Origin: an uncultured archaeon
Lineage (GTDB): Archaea; Asgardarchaeota; Thorarchaeia; Thorarchaeales; Thorarchaeaceae
Assembly (NCBI GenBank): GCA_964354495.1
Contig: CAYHAA010000041.1
Span: 1-6,181, forward strand
DNA length: 6,181 bases
Reading direction: 5' to 3'
In this document: piece by piece, positions 1 through 5,159 of the stretch
Layout of the letters: every line of letters begins with the position of its first letter
How positions within the stretch are numbered: the first letter of the stretch is position 1
The notes under the pieces: generated by a model
Told to the model about the DNA's origin: nothing
The model's input: the letters and a program-made list of their open reading frames with translations, nothing else
Database searches by the model: none
Program-made: the position numbers and the translations under genes

Positions 1-1
1 T

Positions 2-670
2 CTGAGAATCATGTTAAAGGATGATGCAGGTGCACAGCATGGGCAAGTCGGTATCGTAGACCGAAAAGGTCGTGCTGTTGCGCACACTGGCAAGGAATGT
101 ATGAATTGGGCAGGCCATATTGTCGGAAAAGGCTTCACCTGTCAGGGAAACATCTTGGCTGGCGAAGCTGTAGTTGCCAATATGGCCAGTGCATATGAAA
201 CGACTGAGGGCGATATAATCGACAAGCTCTTTGCTGCACTCAACGCAGGACAGTCTGCTGGAGGGGATCGTCGTGGGATGCAGTCTGCGGCAATACTTGT
301 GGTACGAAAAGAGGGTGGCTATGAGGGAGGAAATGATCGGTACGTCGATGTTCGCGTCGATGAACATCCTAGCCCCATCAAAGAGCTTGAGCGCATTTTC
401 AAGATATACGACATGACGCTCCTCAGCAGAGAAGACCCGAGCAACCTGCGAAGGATTGAGGGAGACCTCTCCTTGAAGATTCAACAGGCTCTCGTATCGT
501 TAGGATACTTAGATACACTCAGTGATGATGTGTTCCCTGAGAGAGCTAAGACAGCTCTTGCTGAATGGGTCAACACTAACAATTTCGAGAACAAGGCACG
601 CAATGATGGTACCATCTGGCAGAGTGTAATAGACTATCTCTTTCGAGATGCTGAGAGACACAAGACATAG
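2..670 (+). CDS. DUF1028 family (Ntn-hydrolase-like) protein with C-terminal peptidoglycan-binding-like helical domain; 5'-truncated by the window edge
   Basis: The frame is open from base 2 (ctg aga atc atg...), so the ATG at 11 is probably internal. Family-typical motifs: QVGIVDRKG..AHTGKEC..WAGH, CQGNILAG..VV..MA.AYE, L..ALNAGQSAGGDRRGMQSAAILVV, DRYVDVRVDEHPSPIKELER. The C-terminal IQQALVSLGY...ALAEWVNTNNFE segment resembles the helical domain commonly appended to this family. Stop TAG at 668-670. Confidence 0.88.
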   Translation: MRIMLKDDAGAQHGQVGIVDRKGRAVAHTGKECMNWAGHIVGKGFTCQGNILAGEAVVANMASAYETTEGDIIDKLFAALNAGQSAGGDRRGMQSAAILVVRKEGGYEGGNDRYVDVRVDEHPSPIKELERIFKIYDMTLLSREDPSNLRRIEGDLSLKIQQALVSLGYLDTLSDDVFPERAKTALAEWVNTNNFENKARNDGTIWQSVIDYLFRDAERHKT

Positions 671-838
671 TCTAATTGGCTTCGATCAACCCAATTTGAA
701 ACATAGGCAATAGGATTGGGGCCTCTATGCGTGTTCATACGGGCAGCAATCTCACACCATTTGAAAATACACATTCTCTAAAAGGAGCCACATTCCAACG
801 TGCATTATTCAATCTGATTGACTTGTGGGTGCGACAAC

Positions 839-1108
839 GTGAGCAGAGTACATGGACATATTGTCAGAGTCGATTGGTCCCTGTGCTATGGTTGTGAGAA
901 ATGTATCTTGGCTTGTCCAACGGATGTATTCGTAACGAGCAGAGATACAACAGGAAATTCCGTTGTTGATCCGATTCGGGAATCAGATTGTATTTTGTGC
1001 CTTGTCTGCGAGATTGTCTGTCCAGTTGAAGCCATCGCCGTTGAACGCCAAGGAGGCTCGGAGGATACATTACAGTCTCTGTTGCAGGGTACCAGAGAAA
1101 CACGATGA
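839..1108 (+). CDS. Ferredoxin, 2x[4Fe-4S] dicluster type
   Basis: Two complete CxxCxxCxxxCP motifs: CYGCEKCILACP and CILCLVCEIVCP. The track starts at TTG 818. I prefer GTG 839 (MSRVHGHIVRVD...) because an SD-like GGGTG (827-831) lies 7 nt upstream, but the start is uncertain. Stop TGA 1106-1108. Confidence 0.9.
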   Translation: MSRVHGHIVRVDWSLCYGCEKCILACPTDVFVTSRDTTGNSVVDPIRESDCILCLVCEIVCPVEAIAVERQGGSEDTLQSLLQGTRETR

Positions 1109-1117
1109 GAGGTCAGG

Positions 1118-2380
1118 ATGATGTTTGAAGAACTTCTTAGTGATGCAGAGAAGAAGATTAGGGATGAGGTTCGCGCTTTTGTGCGTGACAAAGTGGACCG
1201 TGAATTAATCATTGCTATGGACAGCAAGAAGAAGGAATACCCGTACGAGTTCATCAAGGTTGCAGCAAAGGAGAATCTTCTCGGCCTACGCTTCCCCAAG
1301 AAATACGGAGGAAGAGGGCTTGGCTGGGTGTCAGAGATGGTTGCGCTGGAGGAGATTGGTGTCCTAGGCATTGCACTTGGTTGTGCGTTCTCTCTTCCCA
1401 GTATTATTGGAGAAGCTATCAACAAGCATGGTACCCCAATGCAGAAGCAAGAATACCTGCTTCCTACACTCCAAGGGAAGAAGATCTGCGGAGAAGGACT
1501 CACTGAGCCTCGGGGCGGATCGGACTTCTTTGGCACGAACACAACTGCTGTGAAGAAAGGCGATATGTTCGTAATCAATGGTGAGAAGAGATTCGTGGCA
1601 GGTGGTGTTGGTGCTGACTACTTTCTGATATACACAAAGACTGACTTCACGGCAAAACCACATGAGTCGTTGAGCGCTTTCATAGTCGACAGAGACATGG
1701 GCGTGAAGGTCGAGGAGGAGTACGAGCTCTTGGGTTGCCGTGGGATGGGAGCGGCCAGAATTGTGATGAAGAATGTTGAGGTACCTGAATCCAACATTGT
1801 AGGTGACTTGAATGATGCCAATGCAGTCTTCAATACGATGATGGTGCCCGAAAGGCTCACCTCGGCTGCTGGGCCTATCGGCATGGGACGTGCCTGCCTT
1901 GAGATTGCTGTAAGGTATGCAGACAAACGAGAGGCTTTCGGTCGGCCAATTAAGAGCTATGAGGCTATCAGTTTCAAAGTTGCTGACTGCATGACTCAGC
2001 TGGATGCAGCAAGGGGTCTGGTGTATCGGGCAGCAAAGAAGGCTGACACGGGAGAGTGGTGCAGAAAAGAGGTCTCACAGGCGAAAGTATTCGCCACAGA
2101 AGCCGGCTTCAATGCTGTTCACGAGGCGATGCAGATGCTAGGCGGAATTGGATACACTGATGTCTACCCCATTGAACGACTCTATCGAGACGCACGTCTT
2201 GCGACGATCTGGACTGGCAGTAATGAAGTGCAGCGGCTAATCATTCAGAATGAGATCTTCAAGGAGATTCTCTCAGAGGACCGTTCGGACAAGCGAGATG
2301 TAGAGCTTGACACTCCTGGCGCCCACAAGACCATAGAGAAAGTCTATACTGAGGATCCTCGAAAGCACTATCCAAAGTAA
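1118..2380 (+). CDS. Acyl-CoA dehydrogenase (FAD-dependent ACAD family)
   Basis: 420 aa with ACAD hallmarks: FPKKYGGRG, GLTEPRGGSD, INGEKRFV, LLGCRG, ERL, REAFGRPI, AMQMLGGIGY, ERLYRDAR..TIWTGSNEVQRLII. SD-like GAGGT at 1109-1113; the start may be ATG 1118 or 1121. Confidence 0.96.
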   Translation: MMFEELLSDAEKKIRDEVRAFVRDKVDRELIIAMDSKKKEYPYEFIKVAAKENLLGLRFPKKYGGRGLGWVSEMVALEEIGVLGIALGCAFSLPSIIGEAINKHGTPMQKQEYLLPTLQGKKICGEGLTEPRGGSDFFGTNTTAVKKGDMFVINGEKRFVAGGVGADYFLIYTKTDFTAKPHESLSAFIVDRDMGVKVEEEYELLGCRGMGAARIVMKNVEVPESNIVGDLNDANAVFNTMMVPERLTSAAGPIGMGRACLEIAVRYADKREAFGRPIKSYEAISFKVADCMTQLDAARGLVYRAAKKADTGEWCRKEVSQAKVFATEAGFNAVHEAMQMLGGIGYTDVYPIERLYRDARLATIWTGSNEVQRLIIQNEIFKEILSEDRSDKRDVELDTPGAHKTIEKVYTEDPRKHYPK

Positions 2381-2436
2381 CGTGATATGTCAGCAAAGCA
2401 TAGATTCAAATACTAACTATAGTTAACGAATGTGGA

Positions 2437-2493
2437 GGAGCGAGTCATCTTATAATCAGCTGAACCGCTCCGACTTACAACTGCAAAGTGAGG
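2437..2493 (+). promoter_or_regulatory. Putative archaeal promoter (TTATAA at 2450-2455) inside a GGAGCG/CGCTCC inverted repeat, plus SD-like GTGAGG (2488-2493) for the 2501 gene
   Basis: The motifs are read directly from the sequence. The TATA-like box is about 45 nt upstream of ATG 2501, which fits a short leadered transcript. Function is inferred. Confidence 0.4.
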
Positions 2494-2500
2494 AAGAAGA

Positions 2501-2665
2501 ATGAGTAGTCTTGTTTGTCCGAAATGTGGCGCGAGAGTATCAGTGCCAGTTCATTGTGGGAGAGAGATGCACATCGAAGGAAATCAGCTTGTGTGCTGGA
2601 TGGGCCCTGTCTGCGGTCATCAAAGTATCCCCACCCATTGCGGAACATCTATGAAGTTGAAGTAA
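2501..2665 (+). CDS. 54-aa Cys/His metal-binding microprotein with two desulforedoxin-like repeats (not in the ORF track)
   Basis: Manual translation: MSSLVCPKCGARVSVPVHCGREMHIEGNQLVCWMGPVCGHQSIPTHCGTSMKLK*. It has an SD-like GTGAGG 7 nt upstream, ends in tandem stops TAA TAG (2663-2668), fills an otherwise empty gap, and carries the repeated pattern LVC..CG..P.HCG..M. Confidence 0.85.
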   Translation: MSSLVCPKCGARVSVPVHCGREMHIEGNQLVCWMGPVCGHQSIPTHCGTSMKLK

Positions 2666-2695
2666 TAGAGAGAGGAGCATGTGAGATGACCGTTC

Positions 2696-3238
2696 ATGAT
2701 TCTAGAGGAGATTATGAAAAGACATAGTGGCCGAGTGTTTACTGACAAACCGGTATCGGATGAGATGCTCAATTTCATATTGGAAGCGGGTCGATGGGCT
2801 CCTTCTTGCTCGAACACACAAGCCTGGAACTTCGTAGTTATTCGCGACAAGGAAGCCCTTGCTGAGGCTCATGAAGCACTGAGCCGGGGCAACGCATATG
2901 CAAAAGCTGCTCCTGTGATGATCATTGTTGCTGCAAAGGAAGATGGAGGATGCCCCATGCATGAACTCCCATACTTCGCGATGGATGTCGGTCTTGCGGT
3001 CGAAAACATGCTCCTTCAGGCAGTACATCTTGGATTGATGGGACATCCAACTGCTGGGTGGGATGAAGCTACGCTAAAGGAGATCACAGGAATACCCAAA
3101 GAGTATCGAATTGTCACTGTTGTCTTCTTTGGGTATGAAGGCGACATCACGCTCTTGGATCAGGAAGCCCGCGCCAAAGCAAGTAGACCACGTACGCGGC
3201 GTCCGTTATCTGATATTGTGCATTGGAACAAATGGTAA
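2696..3238 (+). CDS. Nitroreductase family (FMN-dependent) protein
   Basis: 180 aa with the R-x-S-x-R FMN-phosphate motif (KRHSGRVF), AGRWAPSCSNTQAWNFVVI, DVGLAVENMLLQAVHLGL..HPTAGWDE, and a C-terminal RPRTRRPLSDIVHWNKW. Confidence 0.95.
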   Translation: MILEEIMKRHSGRVFTDKPVSDEMLNFILEAGRWAPSCSNTQAWNFVVIRDKEALAEAHEALSRGNAYAKAAPVMIIVAAKEDGGCPMHELPYFAMDVGLAVENMLLQAVHLGLMGHPTAGWDEATLKEITGIPKEYRIVTVVFFGYEGDITLLDQEARAKASRPRTRRPLSDIVHWNKW

Positions 3239-3282
3239 GAGAAGGAAGTCGACTGAGTGTATAACCGATTCATCGAGTCCGA

Positions 3283-3291
3283 AAGAGTTAA
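3283..3291 (+). promoter_or_regulatory. BRE/TATA-like element AAGAGTTAA upstream of the 128-aa membrane protein gene
   Basis: Purine run followed by TTAA, 45 nt before ATG 3328. The same 9-mer recurs at 3739-3747. Confidence 0.3.
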
Positions 3292-3327
3292 TGTACCGAA
3301 GATGAACTATACAAATGAGGAGAGTAC

Positions 3328-3714
3328 ATGATGCAGCCAATCAGCACTTTGGAGATTTCAACTGTAATTCTTCCCAGCATTCTTCTTGGAGTCATGTATG
3401 GATATTCCATAGGTACGATGAGAAGTTACCGAATTGCTGGAAGAGCTGCACTCACTCTCATAGTCAGCATCATTAGTGGTGTACTTCTGTCCATTCCGCT
3501 TGCCTACTTCGTTCCAATCTCGACATTCACAATCTTGTTGTCTTCTCTTTCAGTGCTAGGTGGGACGATTCTCGGATTATTCTATAATTGGACTCCTCCT
3601 GAAGAGCCTGTACGCAAGAGCCACATCATATATGAAACGGATGACGACGAGGAATTCGATAGAGAAATCAGGGAGTCGCTGGGTGGAAAGCAGCGACCGA
3701 AAAGAGATGCATGA
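3328..3714 (+). CDS. Hypothetical small membrane protein (about 3 TM helices, acidic C-terminal tail)
   Basis: 128 aa. Hydrophobic stretches at about aa 8-30, 40-63 and 66-86, then NWTPPEEP and a charged tail ETDDDEEFDREIRESLGG. SD-like GAGGAG lies just upstream (tgaggagagtac atg). Confidence 0.8.
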   Translation: MMQPISTLEISTVILPSILLGVMYGYSIGTMRSYRIAGRAALTLIVSIISGVLLSIPLAYFVPISTFTILLSSLSVLGGTILGLFYNWTPPEEPVRKSHIIYETDDDEEFDREIRESLGGKQRPKRDA

Positions 3715-3738
3715 GAGTGGCAGGCTATTTCTCCCAAT

Positions 3739-3791
3739 AAGAGTTAAAGGGAGTAATTAGTAATGTTCTTCAGTCTGCGGTTTTTGGAGGT
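3739..3791 (+). promoter_or_regulatory. BRE/TATA-like AAGAGTTAAA (3739-3748) and SD GGAGGT (3786-3791) for the 411-aa gene
   Basis: GGAGGT lies 6 nt before TTG 3798 and supports that start. The 9-mer is identical to the one at 3283-3291. Confidence 0.4.
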
Positions 3792-3797
3792 CTACGA

Positions 3798-5033
3798 TTG
3801 CAGAGAACGCTGCCACACTTTCTTGTTATCTTCACCATAACCTGTCTACTATGGACTATGGTTCTCATGCCTGTCAGTGCTGCCCCTCCTGTTGGATGGA
3901 GTGGAGATTCAAGTCTGTCGTTCCTACTTGAGGTCAACGGAGTGAACGCCGCTGAGTCTGATGCTGCAAATCCAATTCCAATAGATGTTTCCTCTGACCT
4001 TTCAATCGAACTTCAGATCTATACTGGCACGAACCTAACGATACAGTCTGGTAGGTTCACGATGTCCTACCTTTCGATTCCGATTATCAATCAACTATTC
4101 GACCTAAGCGTGTATGGCGAGATTCCCGAGAACTATACGGCAAGCATTCTCAATGCATCAATCCCACTAGCCAGCCTTATGAGCATCGGAAATCTCAGTC
4201 TGATTTCAGGTACAATCACGGGTGCCTTCTCCTTTGTATACTCAAACTCAACCTCGCCCAGTGTGAACGGAACGGTCAGCGAGGACTTCGTTCTTCGGCT
4301 TGGGCCCACGGGCATTGCTGCCATTCTATCAGTGAGCGGGCTCATTACGGTTGGTTTCACAGTGATGTCTGTGTTCACTCTGATCATGTCCTTGGACGAG
4401 TTCCAGCAGGGAATCATGGCTGCCCGCAAGATGCGTGGTGCGACACGGGCTTCGGATGTTGGTATATTCCCACGGCCAATCGTGCTTCGCCGAAAACCAA
4501 AGAAGGGCGGTGAGAAGATTGACAAGAATGAACTTGAGTCAAGAGTCAGTAATGCTGCCGGAAGTTCTTGGGATAACAAACAATGCCCGAAGTGCGGGAA
4601 GAAATGGCCAAAGAACTCACCTACATGCGCCAAATGTGGCATTGACACAGGAAATGCCATCACCTTCTTCTCACAGGATATAGCAGAACATGCTCCAAAG
4701 GCACTGAGTATGATTAAACCAAAGTCAAAGGTCACAGTCGGTCAGCTTGGAAAGAGGCTGCATTTGAAGCCAGACAAGGCTGGAGCTCTATCCGCTGCCC
4801 TCGTAGATATGGGTGTGCTCCAGACAAAGTCCGTCAAGGTCCCTCTCAAAAAGGTGGCATTCTCGGGCATGACCTTGGCTGGAATCTATTGGTCATGGAT
4901 GCAGATGATTGGCGGAGCCACACCCGACTGGGCCACAATTCTCTTGACCACTGCTGCTGGTCTTGTTGTGTCCGTACTGATAGGCTATTTCATGAACTTC
5001 TTGGCTCGTGTGCCCAAACTCGGTTATGATTGA
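3798..5033 (+). CDS. Hypothetical membrane protein: signal peptide, sequon-rich outer domain, TM helix, C4 zinc ribbon, winged-helix-like segment, two C-terminal TM helices
   Basis: 411 aa, TTG start with a strong SD. Signal peptide ending VSA-APP (about aa 28/29). N-x-S/T sequons at N79, N112, N119, N132, N150, N157. TM at about aa 173-199. CPKCG-x9-TCAKCG at aa 263-281. VTVGQLGKRLHL...LSAALVDMGVLQT at aa 312-343. TMs at about aa 353-372 and 378-402. Confidence 0.88.
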   Translation: MQRTLPHFLVIFTITCLLWTMVLMPVSAAPPVGWSGDSSLSFLLEVNGVNAAESDAANPIPIDVSSDLSIELQIYTGTNLTIQSGRFTMSYLSIPIINQLFDLSVYGEIPENYTASILNASIPLASLMSIGNLSLISGTITGAFSFVYSNSTSPSVNGTVSEDFVLRLGPTGIAAILSVSGLITVGFTVMSVFTLIMSLDEFQQGIMAARKMRGATRASDVGIFPRPIVLRRKPKKGGEKIDKNELESRVSNAAGSSWDNKQCPKCGKKWPKNSPTCAKCGIDTGNAITFFSQDIAEHAPKALSMIKPKSKVTVGQLGKRLHLKPDKAGALSAALVDMGVLQTKSVKVPLKKVAFSGMTLAGIYWSWMQMIGGATPDWATILLTTAAGLVVSVLIGYFMNFLARVPKLGYD

Positions 5034-5159
5034 TACTGGTGTCGAGAGCCAGTTCAAAGCTTCTCTCATTAGCCCGTTCATCTCAATACATATAATATGC
5101 CAATGACTCATCATATCTTACCTGCAAGGACCATACATGCAATAGGAAATGGAAGATAG

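Noticed and set aside
800-838. In-frame TGA (815-817) directly before TTG 818, giving a possible Sec-containing N-terminal extension of the ferredoxin (GTG 800: VHYSI-U-LTCGC)
   Set aside because: The frame closes again at TAA 779-781, the extension is not ferredoxin-like, I see no SECIS, and GTG 839 has a better ribosome site.
727-897. ORF of about 56 aa (MRVHTGSNLTPF...) overlapping the ferredoxin start in another frame
   Set aside because: It has no motif or clear SD, there is no slippery site, and it overlaps a real gene.
2515-2727. 70-aa + strand ORF in the track (MSEMWRES...)
   Set aside because: It is the wrong frame of the real 54-aa microprotein at 2501-2665, which has an SD, an ATG start and a repeated metal-binding motif. 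This ORF also overlaps the nitroreductase start.
2679-2727. ATG-TGA mini-ORF (2679-2684) and 13-aa uORF MTVHDSRGDYEKT (2686-2727) around the nitroreductase start, near GAGGAG
   Set aside because: These could influence translation, but such short ORFs are expected by chance in ATGA-rich junctions and nothing else supports them.
3637-3681. Acidic tail of the 128-aa protein as an ESCRT MIM1-like motif
   Set aside because: DEEFDREIRESL does not fit the (D/E)xxLxxRLxxL consensus, so the resemblance is only a generic amphipathic helix.
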